Positions 39,401-47,251 of a DNA stretch of 64,000 nt are shown here, piece by piece. Position 1 is the stretch's first letter. Each line of letters begins with the position of its first letter. Source of the DNA: Bacteroidota bacterium (GTDB taxonomy: Bacteria; Bacteroidota; Bacteroidia; JABDFU01). A model generated the notes under the pieces. That model searched no databases. It was given only the letters and a program-made list of their open reading frames with translations, and was not told the origin of the DNA. Where the stretch lies: NCBI GenBank assembly GCA_013286805.1, contig JABDEY010000002.1, forward strand, positions 1,629 through 65,628, given 5' to 3'. The translations under genes and the position numbers were made by a program.

Positions 39401-39980
39401 CAGCAGTCATCAGTCGGCAATTGGCACGGAGGAGGGGCAAGGGATAAGCGGTGAGAGAGGGGAAGGGGTTATGGGAGATCGGTTAGCAGTTAGCGTTGAA
39501 AGGGCAAAGCGATCGGAGACTGTTTTTCTGAAGGATTGTCAGATCGATACGGACTTTGAATTGCTGATCCCGGATAGTTATGTCAGTAACAGTACAGAAC
39601 GCCTGAGTCTGTACCGGGAATTGGATGACAGTAAAACAGAAGCTGATCTGGTGTTATTTGAGCAGCGGCTGAAGGACCGATTTGGCCCTTTGCCGGAGCC
39701 AACGATTGAATTGATTCATACGGTTCGTTTGCGTTGGCTATCTGTTCAATTGGGCTTTGAGAAAGTTGTTTTGAAGAAAAGTAAACTTCTGGGTTATTTC
39801 ATTTCGAAACCGAATTCAGCCTATTTTCAGAGTCCTGTTTTTTCAAAGGTTCTGAATTATGTTCAGCAGCATGGACGACTGTGTAAAATGAAGGAAGTGA
39901 ACCATAAGCTGAGCCTGACGTTTGAGCATATTCATTCGATTGATCAGGCCATTGATTCGTTAAGAAAAGTTGCAGTGTAA
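36429..39980 (+). CDS. mfd: Transcription-repair coupling factor (with three low-complexity insertions)
   Basis: GQFSVRGGIIDVF, HIDHGVGRY, CGDVGFGKTE, IDEEQKFG, TATPIPRTL, QLRGRVGRS, RDLDIRGAGNLLG, TRCF C-terminal domain. Confidence 0.97.
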   Translation: MNALEGLVGLYSKSDNTLSFVEKLKMKRNSHVRLKGLAGSSAAFVVASAAAHLGNLNVCILPEQESAAYFLNDLENILGKSRVLFFPAAGRRGHNHAGPDYSNLLLRTEVLTGLISDRGLISSPGLPPVSSQEKKEARYIVTYPEALEDKVATKSYLLKNTLQVQKGEKLSIDFVVDVLLEYGFDRCDYVSGPGQFSVRGGIIDVFSFSNDDPYRIELSGDEVESIRSFDATSQLSIDQLEEITVVPDLQTEVAGESRQNFLEYIPADTIIWLNNIEKGNEKNEPGESFDNYIRNFSCVEFGQSYYFEPDLELVYDFVPQPVFNKNFDLLLANLRENVAGGFRNIIFSDTQKQVERLRNIFNDLEPPVRREDLGNREGDRNDSETEVNTDQAADPELFVPIHLSIHEGFRDKQNKVACYTDHQIFERYHRFRLKNTFSKTSEAITLKEIKGLNPGDYITHIDHGVGRYGGLEKMEVNGKLQEAIRLVYRDNDILYVSIQSLHRISKFSSKEGAVPKTDKLGSAAWQNLKQKTKRKVMEIAFDLIKLYAERKAKKGFAFAPDTYLQNELEASFIYEDTPDQLKATIDVKKDMEDQAPMDRLICGDVGFGKTEIAVRAAFKAVVDGKQAAVLVPTTILALQHFKTFSERLKGIPCTVDYINRFKSAKEQKETLQKLAEGKIDIIIGTHRIVGKDVKFKDLGLLVIDEEQKFGVGVKDKLKTIKVNVDTLTLTATPIPRTLQFSMMGARDLSIINTPPPNRYPIQTELHSFNHELIRETILYEVSRGGQVFFIHNRVGTLVEMELLINKLCPKVKTLTVHGQMDGEKLEEAMMNFINGDYDILISTTIVESGLDIPNANTMIINDAHTFGLSDLHQLRGRVGRSNKKAFCYLLAPPLSVLTTEAQKRLRAISEFSDLGSGFQISMRDLDIRGAGNLLGAEQSGFITEIGYEMYQKILDEALEELREDMKMRGQTATGRPEPAGAEVVTGDRLSVSSHQSAIGTEEGQGISGERGEGVMGDRLAVSVERAKRSETVFLKDCQIDTDFELLIPDSYVSNSTERLSLYRELDDSKTEADLVLFEQRLKDRFGPLPEPTIELIHTVRLRWLSVQLGFEKVVLKKSKLLGYFISKPNSAYFQSPVFSKVLNYVQQHGRLCKMKEVNHKLSLTFEHIHSIDQAIDSLRKVAV
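39332..39375 (+). repeat. Decayed REP-like element, copy C, in frame within mfd
   Basis: AGGGCAAACAGCCACTGGGCGGCCTGAGCCAGCTGGTGCGGAAG; 28 of 39 aligned positions match copy A; TGAGCCAGC shared with copy B. Confidence 0.6.
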
Positions 39981-40012
39981 AAGTGAAAAAAACACGATTT
40001 TTTTTTTACCGA

Positions 40013-40594
40013 TTACCGATCCTTCCAGCGGAAAGTTTTGATGAGTTTAAAGACGTCCTTGCGGATAAACTCTACTACAGGGGCTATGGAATCACTGTTG
40101 GGTGGGGCGATAAAATAAAGTGCGCCACGGAGAAAGTGAGTGGTGCTGTCTGTCAGGTAGAATTGAAGAGAGGAGGCGGCATTTCCTTCAATGTCATAAA
40201 CTAATCCGTACACGTGCGTAGAATCATTGTGAATCACCATCTCTTCTATGGAGGATGCTTTGATTTCATGTTTGGATGCCAGGGTATGCGCATCTTCAAG
40301 GTATTGACGAAGATTGTTGTGTACAGGCTTGTAGCTGATGTGTATGCGTCCCTTGTACCTTGGAAAATCAATGTTCAGCCAGCAGGGTTCTGAATTTTTT
40401 TCTTCAGCAGGGTGCACAAAGGCGTAGGCGGGAGCTTCGAATGTAAACGGGCAATCTGAAATATAAGGCTGGTATTTTTTTTCCGGGAAATCAATTCGAA
40501 AATAGCCTCTTGGTTTTGGCTTTAAGTCCTCATCCCCTGAACCGCAGGCTGACAATAGAACGGTAAGGAAAATCAGGCTAAATACTGGATTCAT
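40013..40594 (-). CDS. gldD: Gliding motility lipoprotein GldD
   Basis: Lipobox LSAC; PKPRGYFRIDFP; CPFTFE; GNAASSLQFYLTDSTTHFLRGALYF; next to gldE. Confidence 0.93.
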   Translation of the reverse strand: MNPVFSLIFLTVLLSACGSGDEDLKPKPRGYFRIDFPEKKYQPYISDCPFTFEAPAYAFVHPAEEKNSEPCWLNIDFPRYKGRIHISYKPVHNNLRQYLEDAHTLASKHEIKASSIEEMVIHNDSTHVYGLVYDIEGNAASSLQFYLTDSTTHFLRGALYFIAPPNSDSIAPVVEFIRKDVFKLIKTFRWKDR

Positions 40595-41849
40595 TTTGAG
40601 GCAGCGTGATCTTCACCCTTTTAATCTTCCGGCTGTCAGCAGATTCAATTGTAAAGACGATATTGTTAAAATTTACTTTTTCTCCCCTAGTCAGTATGCG
40701 CCCTTCCAGTTCAATTAAGAAACCGGCTAATGAGTCGGCTTCACCCTTGAATTGTTCAAATAAGGTGTCTTTCAGGTTCAGGACCCTGTATATGTCTTTC
40801 AGATTTACTTTACCTTCAAAGACATAATTGTATTCATCCAGTTTGGAATAAACAAGGTCATCATCGTCGAATTCGTCATTGATCTCTCCGATTATTTCTT
40901 CAATGATATCCTCGAGGGTGACTATACCGGAGGTTCCTCCATATTCGTCCACCACAATGGCCAGATGGATTTTATTAAACTGAAATTCTTTCAGCAGGTC
41001 GTCTATCTTTTTACTTTCCGGAACAAAAAAGGAGGGGCGCAAAAGTGTTTGCCATTCGAAATTTTGTTTTTCGAAGTGTGGCAACAAATCCTTTATGTAT
41101 AATATGCCGACTACGTTATCAAACGATTGTTTATATACAGGGATGCGGGAATAAGGTGATTCTTCAATGTTCTTAATTAAGTCCGGATAAGGTGTTGTAA
41201 AATCAAATGCTGTGATATTCATTCGGGAATGCATTATTTGCTTTACATCGGTATCTCCGAATTTAACTATTCCCTGCAAGAGTTTCTGGTCTTCCTGAGG
41301 AAGGGCTTCTTCTGAAGTAAGCTCAAGGGCATGTGACAATTGCTCAACAGATATACTATGCGTCTTTTTCTTTATTCTGTTGTCTATCATGGAGGTTGAG
41401 AATATCAGCAAGGAACTTAATGGATAACAAACATTTTCAAAGGCTTTGGTTGGAATGGCCAGCAATCGGGTGGTTGCCAGCGGATTCTGGAAGGCATATA
41501 CCTTTGGAATAATCTCACCTATAACAAGAATCAGGAAGGTTACTGCCACCACCTGTATTACAAATCCAAGCGTGGGGTTGGCCGTGAAGTCAAATAAGGC
41601 GGACATGATATAACTGGATAAAATAACGATGGCGATATTTACAAAATTGAGACTGATCAGCAAGGTGGCCAGCAGCCGTTTGGGTTTGTTAATCAGCTCC
41701 AGTATGCGTGCATCTGTTTTTGTGCCGGATTCTTTCAATGTCCCGAGATCGGAGGGGGCTAAGGCAAAAAATGCACTTTCGGCTGCAGAAATAACGGTGG
41801 TGAGGCATAATAATATGAAAATTCCTATCAGGGCGAAGACTGCACTCAT
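40578..41849 (-). CDS. gldE: Gliding motility-associated protein GldE (DUF21-CBS-CorC)
   Basis: [46 protein letters not shown]; mutY-ssb-gldE-gldD synteny. Confidence 0.92.
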   Translation of the reverse strand: MSAVFALIGIFILLCLTTVISAAESAFFALAPSDLGTLKESGTKTDARILELINKPKRLLATLLISLNFVNIAIVILSSYIMSALFDFTANPTLGFVIQVVAVTFLILVIGEIIPKVYAFQNPLATTRLLAIPTKAFENVCYPLSSLLIFSTSMIDNRIKKKTHSISVEQLSHALELTSEEALPQEDQKLLQGIVKFGDTDVKQIMHSRMNITAFDFTTPYPDLIKNIEESPYSRIPVYKQSFDNVVGILYIKDLLPHFEKQNFEWQTLLRPSFFVPESKKIDDLLKEFQFNKIHLAIVVDEYGGTSGIVTLEDIIEEIIGEINDEFDDDDLVYSKLDEYNYVFEGKVNLKDIYRVLNLKDTLFEQFKGEADSLAGFLIELEGRILTRGEKVNFNNIVFTIESADSRKIKRVKITLPQNESSI

Positions 41850-42202
41850 TCTTCCAATGGCGTATTGGTTTCTTTACGACCCAGGATAACCAGATGGTCT
41901 CCTACTACTTCCGTCATGTAATGTTTGTTTCCTTCTTTGTCGGTCCAGTTCCGGGATCTTAACTTTCCTTCTATGTAAACCTGCATTCCTTTCTTGAGAA
42001 ATTTTTCCGCGATCTCTGCGAGGCCCCTCCATACTACTATGTTGTGCCATTCGGTTTGATCTACTTTATTTCCGGCTTTGTCTTTATAGGATTCATTTGT
42101 TGCCAGCGTGAAATTGGCAACGGCTACGCCGCCTTCCATATACCTGACCTCAGGATCTTTGCCCAGGTTTCCAATGAGTATTACTTTATTTACTCCTGCC
42201 AT
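41846..42202 (-). CDS. ssb: Single-stranded DNA-binding protein (OB fold only, no acidic tail)
   Basis: [36 protein letters not shown]; ends ETNTPLEE. Confidence 0.94.
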   Translation of the reverse strand: MAGVNKVILIGNLGKDPEVRYMEGGVAVANFTLATNESYKDKAGNKVDQTEWHNIVVWRGLAEIAEKFLKKGMQVYIEGKLRSRNWTDKEGNKHYMTEVVGDHLVILGRKETNTPLEE

Positions 42203-42263
42203 TATTGGTTTATTTGATAGGTGTTGCCAATGTGTATTGCGTTGCAGCTATAAAGTTAACTAT

Positions 42264-43340
42264 TTAATCATTCATGTAAATATCCAGCAATCTGGGTATA
42301 GGGTAGGTGTGAAATTCACCCTGTGTGACGCTCAGGTATTCTTTTGAAATTTTAAGTGGCCGCGTTATCTGTATTTTCCAAAAACGGGCAAAGATATGCT
42401 GGTGACTCAGGACGTGTTTGTAAGTTTTAGAAACGGATTTTATAATATAGGTGGGTTTGCGGCTAAGTGGTTTTGGTAAACGAACCTGGTTTGGCATAAA
42501 CATCGTTTCCCATGCTTTTGTTTTAAGTAGTTCTCGTTTTCCTAATTCGCGGTTGGTTTCAATGACCGGAAAGTCGTACAGGTTTTTCCAGATGTCTTTA
42601 CCACTACGTTTTTTGATCAGAAATGTGTTTTTGTATTGAATGAGGATGTAGTTAAAATAGCGATTCCGGATCTTGGTGATCTTTTCTTTTACCGGTAAAG
42701 CGTCAACCTTTTTCTTATGAAAAGCAAGGCAAATGCTACTGAAAATACAGTTTGGGCAGTCGGGGTTTGATGGCTTGCAGTATGTTGCTCCAAATTCCAT
42801 GATGGCCTGATTGAAAAGAGCAGGGTATTTTTTGTCAAGTAATTCGTTTGCCAGTCCCTGAAATTCCTTTTTCCCCGTACTGGAATCTGTGGGTGTTTTA
42901 ATTCCAAAGACGCGTGCCAGAACCCGATAGACATTTCCATCTACTACTGCACAAGGCTGGTTAAAGGAGATGGATGCTATGGCTGCGGCTGTATAGGGTC
43001 CAATGCCCTTTAATTTAATTATTTCATCATGGGAGTCCGGGAATTTGCCATTTAAATTCCGGACGATATGTTTGGCTGTTGCATGCAGATTTCTTGCACG
43101 GGAATAATAACCCAGACCCTGCCAGAGTTTTATCACTTTTTCTTCAGTGGCATCCGAAAGTTTTTCGATGGTTGGAAATTCTTTACAGAATTTCAGGTAA
43201 TAACTCATGCCCTGGTCCACTCTGGTTTGTTGAAGTATGATTTCTGATAACCAAATAAAATAGGGGTCTTGTGTATTGCGCCAGGGGAGGTCCCGTTTGT
43301 TTTGGGTATACCATTCTATAAGGGGGTCTGAAAAAATCAT
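42264..43340 (-). CDS. mutY: A/G-specific adenine glycosylase
   Basis: WLSEIILQQT, WQGLGYYSRARNL, LKGIGPYTAAAI, VDGNVYRV, CKPSNPDCPNCIFSSIC Fe-S motif. Confidence 0.97.
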   Translation of the reverse strand: MIFSDPLIEWYTQNKRDLPWRNTQDPYFIWLSEIILQQTRVDQGMSYYLKFCKEFPTIEKLSDATEEKVIKLWQGLGYYSRARNLHATAKHIVRNLNGKFPDSHDEIIKLKGIGPYTAAAIASISFNQPCAVVDGNVYRVLARVFGIKTPTDSSTGKKEFQGLANELLDKKYPALFNQAIMEFGATYCKPSNPDCPNCIFSSICLAFHKKKVDALPVKEKITKIRNRYFNYILIQYKNTFLIKKRSGKDIWKNLYDFPVIETNRELGKRELLKTKAWETMFMPNQVRLPKPLSRKPTYIIKSVSKTYKHVLSHQHIFARFWKIQITRPLKISKEYLSVTQGEFHTYPIPRLLDIYMND

Positions 43341-43489
43341 CTGTGTTTAGTTAGTGCCTGTACAGAAATTATCAATTAATGTTTTTCGATTATTCGCCTT
43401 TAAAGCAAGGCGTCCTTTCGTTCGGCTAATTTAACCTAAAACCGAATTACTTTTTGGATGCTTTAGGATTAAAATCTAACTTAGTTGTG

Positions 43490-43798
43490 ATGAAAACCTT
43501 CTTTTTACTAATTAGTATTAACTATATGGTTTGCGGATCTGTAACCGCACAACCAAGCGTCACTTCTCAAAATAAGATAAAGTTTGTGGAAGACCAGCAT
43601 GTCAAATTACTTTCAGGTTCCCGGTTCAATTATTTAAAAGCACTGCAATCCGCTTCTGTTGAGCCTTTCAAGTTTAAAAATGAATACGTATTTAGCTTAA
43701 AACAGCATACTTCCAGGTCAGCTGTTTTCTGCAGGATGGAGAATCTTTACAGAGAGAAATTCAATGTCTGGATAATGATTCATGCAGGTGATTGGTAA
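43490..43798 (+). CDS. Small hypothetical exported protein
   Basis: MKTFFLL...VTAQ signal; C-terminal FCRME motif. Confidence 0.6.
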   Translation: MKTFFLLISINYMVCGSVTAQPSVTSQNKIKFVEDQHVKLLSGSRFNYLKALQSASVEPFKFKNEYVFSLKQHTSRSAVFCRMENLYREKFNVWIMIHAGDW

Positions 43799-43820
43799 AA
43801 TGGCATTGCGATAAGCAGAT

Positions 43821-44612
43821 ATGGTTAATTTCAGGGATCAATTAGGCCGGACTATACACATTGACAGCCCTCCCAGAAGGATTATATCGGTTGTCCCTTC
43901 CCAAACTGAATTACTTTACGATTTGGGCGCAGATGCGGAAGTTGTTGGCATTACCAAATTCTGCATTCATCCTGAACATTGGTTTAGAAATAAGGGAAGA
44001 GTTGGAGGCACAAAAAAAATAGATTTTGAAAAGGTAAGGTCATTGGAACCGGATCTTATTATTTGCAATAAGGAGGAAAATGAAAGGGAGCAAATTGAAA
44101 AGTTAATGGAACTTTACCCGGTTTGGGTAAGTGATATAAAAAATCTGGAGGATGCTGTCCAGATGATTATTTCTTTAGGTGACCTGATTGATAAGAAAGA
44201 AAAGGCAGGTAAGCTTGTTGAGAAAATCGGGCAGGAGTTTAAGAAACTGGAATTTATTAAAACGAACCAGGCAGTTCGAACTGCATACTTGATCTGGAAC
44301 AATCCAATTATGTGTGCGGGGACCGATACTTTTATTGACGAAATGCTTGGCTTATGCGGATTTCAAAATATTTTCAGCGGTTCTGACTCCCGATATCCTG
44401 AAATAGCTATTGAGGAATTAGGCCGGCAGAATCCTTCTCTGATTTTGTTATCGTCTGAACCATTTCCATTCAGGGAAAAGCATATCAGGGAATTTAGACA
44501 GGCTTGCCCCAAGGCGATCATAAAACTGGTTGATGGTGAGCTGTTTTCCTGGTACGGCAGCAGGCTGCAATATGCTCCTGAGTATTTCCTGAATTTAATT
44601 AAGTCTCTGTGA
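43821..44612 (+). CDS. Helical-backbone metal receptor (BtuF-like cobalamin/iron-binding family)
   Basis: PRRIISVVPSQTELL, VGITKFCIHP, VGGTK, NKEEN, LSSEPFPF, DGELFSWYGSR. Confidence 0.88.
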   Translation: MVNFRDQLGRTIHIDSPPRRIISVVPSQTELLYDLGADAEVVGITKFCIHPEHWFRNKGRVGGTKKIDFEKVRSLEPDLIICNKEENEREQIEKLMELYPVWVSDIKNLEDAVQMIISLGDLIDKKEKAGKLVEKIGQEFKKLEFIKTNQAVRTAYLIWNNPIMCAGTDTFIDEMLGLCGFQNIFSGSDSRYPEIAIEELGRQNPSLILLSSEPFPFREKHIREFRQACPKAIIKLVDGELFSWYGSRLQYAPEYFLNLIKSL

Positions 44613-44760
44613 ATGTCTAAATTTTATTCTCAATGAATGTTTGAAATTTTATTCTCAATGAATGTCTGAAATTTTATTCTCAATGAATGTCTGAAATTTT
44701 ATTCTCAATGAATGGCCGAAATTCTATTCTTAATGCATGGCTGAAATTTAACTTTGAAAT
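44611..44760 (+). repeat. ~25-bp tandem repeat x6 filling the whole intergenic space
   Basis: Unit GAATGTCTGAAATTTTATTCTCAAT starting at 44611, 44635, 44660, 44685, 44710, 44735 (last two degenerate); no spacers. Confidence 0.95.
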
Positions 44761-45936
44761 ATGGAAACCAAATCCCTGAAATCCCAATTCTTACTTGACC
44801 CGAAGATTACCTATTTGAATTTTGGTTCTTTTGGTGCTTGCCCCAGGACAATTTTTGCTGATTATCAAACGTGGCAATTGGAACTGGAAAGAGAACCTGT
44901 GCAATTTATCTCCGTCAAGGGTCTTGACTATTTAAAGAAATCACGAGAGGCGCTCGCATGTTATATAAATTGTAATGCAGATGATCTGGTTTATACCACA
45001 AACCCTTCTTATGCCATAAATATAATTACCAGGAGCATGAAGCTGAAGGCCGGTGATGAAATTCTTGCCACTAATCTGGAATATGGAGCTTTGGATCGTA
45101 CCTGGAATTATTGTTGTAAAAAGGCCGGCGCAAAATATGTACGTCAGCCAATCGGATTGCCTTTGGTTTCAAAGGAAAAATTCATTGAGCAATTTTTCAG
45201 GGGCTTGACGGATAAAACAAAAGCGATTTTTATCAGCCAGATTACTAGTACTACTGCATTGATTCTTCCGGTAAAAGAAATTTGTGAAATAGCAAAGAAG
45301 AAGGGCTTGATGACGATTGTAGACGGAGCGCATGTGCCAGGGCATATAGCTCTGAATCTTGCTGATCTGAAAGCAGATATTTATACCGGTGCCTGCCATA
45401 AATGGATGTGCACTCCAAAAGGTTGTTCGTTTCTGTATGTAAAAAAGGAATTTCAATCGCTGTTCGACCCATTGGTTATCAGCTGGGGGTATGAAAGTAT
45501 GAGTCCTTCTGCTTCCCGGTTTTTAGATTATCACCAAATGCAGGGGACCCGTGATTTTTCTGCATTTCTGACCGTGCCAAAGGCAATCGCTTTTTTAAAT
45601 GAAAATAACTGGACTCAGGTGGCTTCTGTCTGTCGTGACCTCGCCCGGAAAAATCTTTTGAGGTTTTGTGCCTTGCTTGGCTCCAAACCGCTTTGCCCCC
45701 TGACTGATGAATTTCTTGGTCAAATGTGCAGTATACCTATATTAACAACTCAGCCGGAGGCGCTTCAACGTTTACTTTTTGAGAAATATAAAATAGAAAT
45801 TCCGTTGATGAGACAGGATGAACATGTTTTTATCAGATACTCTATCCAGGTGTTTAATACCCAGGAGGATCTGGATAAGCTGTTTAATGCTCTGGCCGAG
45901 CTAATTGCCCAGACGAATTTGATAAAGGTAAATTAA
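44761..45936 (+). CDS. Class V PLP-dependent enzyme (isopenicillin-N epimerase / cysteine lyase-like)
   Basis: YLNFGSFGACP, VDGAHVPG, YTGACHKWMCTPKG (PLP lysine), QGTRD. Confidence 0.88.
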   Translation: METKSLKSQFLLDPKITYLNFGSFGACPRTIFADYQTWQLELEREPVQFISVKGLDYLKKSREALACYINCNADDLVYTTNPSYAINIITRSMKLKAGDEILATNLEYGALDRTWNYCCKKAGAKYVRQPIGLPLVSKEKFIEQFFRGLTDKTKAIFISQITSTTALILPVKEICEIAKKKGLMTIVDGAHVPGHIALNLADLKADIYTGACHKWMCTPKGCSFLYVKKEFQSLFDPLVISWGYESMSPSASRFLDYHQMQGTRDFSAFLTVPKAIAFLNENNWTQVASVCRDLARKNLLRFCALLGSKPLCPLTDEFLGQMCSIPILTTQPEALQRLLFEKYKIEIPLMRQDEHVFIRYSIQVFNTQEDLDKLFNALAELIAQTNLIKVN

Positions 45937-45962
45937 GGTTATACAGAATAAGCAAAGAGTTT

Positions 45963-46865
45963 TTACTGCGGCTCCCTTAAAGTGAGCGGCGTTTTACCAT
46001 CCGTTATAATAATTTTGGTATTGGCTGAATTGGCCAGGGATTTCATAACTTCTATGCTCTTTAATTTAATTGACATATTGGTTATGGTGGAATTCTCCAG
46101 GTCCTTTGTTTTTTTTGCTGCGATGGCTTCTATCAGGCTTCGTTCGGCCTCTGTTTTCTGTTTTTCGAGTGCGTAGTTTTCCTGCAGGCGGTCCTGTTCA
46201 ATGCTGGATTCCTTCTCTAATCGTTGTTTCTCGGCAGCAAACTGCATTTGCTTTCTTTCTTTATCTATGGTTGATTCCGTTACTCTTTTCTGGGCGAGAA
46301 TTTCAATTTCCTGCTGTTTTGCCTGTTGTTCAGAAAGAACTTTCTTTTCAATGGCGTGATCAATTTCATCAGGTACATCTATGTAACGAACCAGGACCTG
46401 ATCAATGACAAAACCATAATGACCGATATCTGTATTCAGGTTATCAAAAATGGATTTCTCAAGAGCATCGCGCTGCATCATCAAATCCATGGCCCCATAG
46501 TTCAGGCAGGTTTCCCTTGCCTGTGCGGAGAAGTTATTCAAAATAATCTCATTTTCATATTTCATTCCGAGTGTCAGGTAAATGTTGTGAAGGGACTCTG
46601 GTTTGAGATGATAGAGGAGCGTGAGGTCTACTTTGGCTTCCATCCCTTCTCTCGTTGGCAACGTCAGTTTTACTGACAATTCTTTTATTCGTGTGCTGAA
46701 TTTTACGAAATGCGCTCCGAGACCTGAGCGATGTCTTCCTTCCGTAAAATTTTCGGGTTGAAGTTTACCTCTTACGATCTTCAATCCGATTTCTCCCGGA
46801 TTTATTGTCTTGCAGCTTGTAGCGGCGAAGACGAGCAGACCTAAAACGATTGTAGCAGTTTTCAT
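45963..46865 (-). CDS. SPFH/prohibitin (band 7) family protein
   Basis: AATSC N-terminus, INPGEIGL, LPTREGMEAKVDLTLLY, IDHAIEKK + coiled coil, TKIIITDG. Confidence 0.85.
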   Translation of the reverse strand: MKTATIVLGLLVFAATSCKTINPGEIGLKIVRGKLQPENFTEGRHRSGLGAHFVKFSTRIKELSVKLTLPTREGMEAKVDLTLLYHLKPESLHNIYLTLGMKYENEIILNNFSAQARETCLNYGAMDLMMQRDALEKSIFDNLNTDIGHYGFVIDQVLVRYIDVPDEIDHAIEKKVLSEQQAKQQEIEILAQKRVTESTIDKERKQMQFAAEKQRLEKESSIEQDRLQENYALEKQKTEAERSLIEAIAAKKTKDLENSTITNMSIKLKSIEVMKSLANSANTKIIITDGKTPLTLREPQ

Positions 46866-47116
46866 TTTATTTGGATATTGGTGTATTCTTCTTTGCGTCA
46901 AGCATCAGGCCGTAATGGGTTTATGGCAGAACCTTAACAATTATTAACTGAGCCGGATAAAATAAAATGAATGAAGGCATAACTCATTAAGGAATCATTA
47001 GAATCGATGGCAAGCGAAGCAAATCAAATTAAAGTTCCGGAGGGCAAAGTCAAATCAGTTTAAATCTCTGTGAAATTTTATTTATATTCACTTGACCTTG
47101 CATTTGCAAAGATTAG

Positions 47117-47160
47117 GCCTGCGGAAATGCTGGCTCAAATAACCACAGGTTATTTGCCCT
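47117..47160 (-). repeat. REP-like palindromic element, copy B
   Basis: Reverse complement AGGGCAAATAACCTGTGGTTATTTGAGCCAGCATTTCCGCAGGC; CAAATAACC-N3-GGTTATTTG palindrome at 47136-47156. Confidence 0.8.
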
Positions 47161-47251
47161 CCCCGAAGGGGGCATATTCATGTAGTTTTGGTAAACGAGA
47201 ACGTTCATTGAAAGGACTCGTAATAGAAAAGATTAAATCAAATCAAGGCAA

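Noticed and set aside
43821..44612. Cobalamin riboswitch upstream of the BtuF-like gene
   Set aside because: Only a 22-nt gap upstream and no recognisable B12-box; no riboswitch supported.
44611..44760. Possible CRISPR array
   Set aside because: Units are head-to-tail with no unique spacers, and there are no cas genes in the window.
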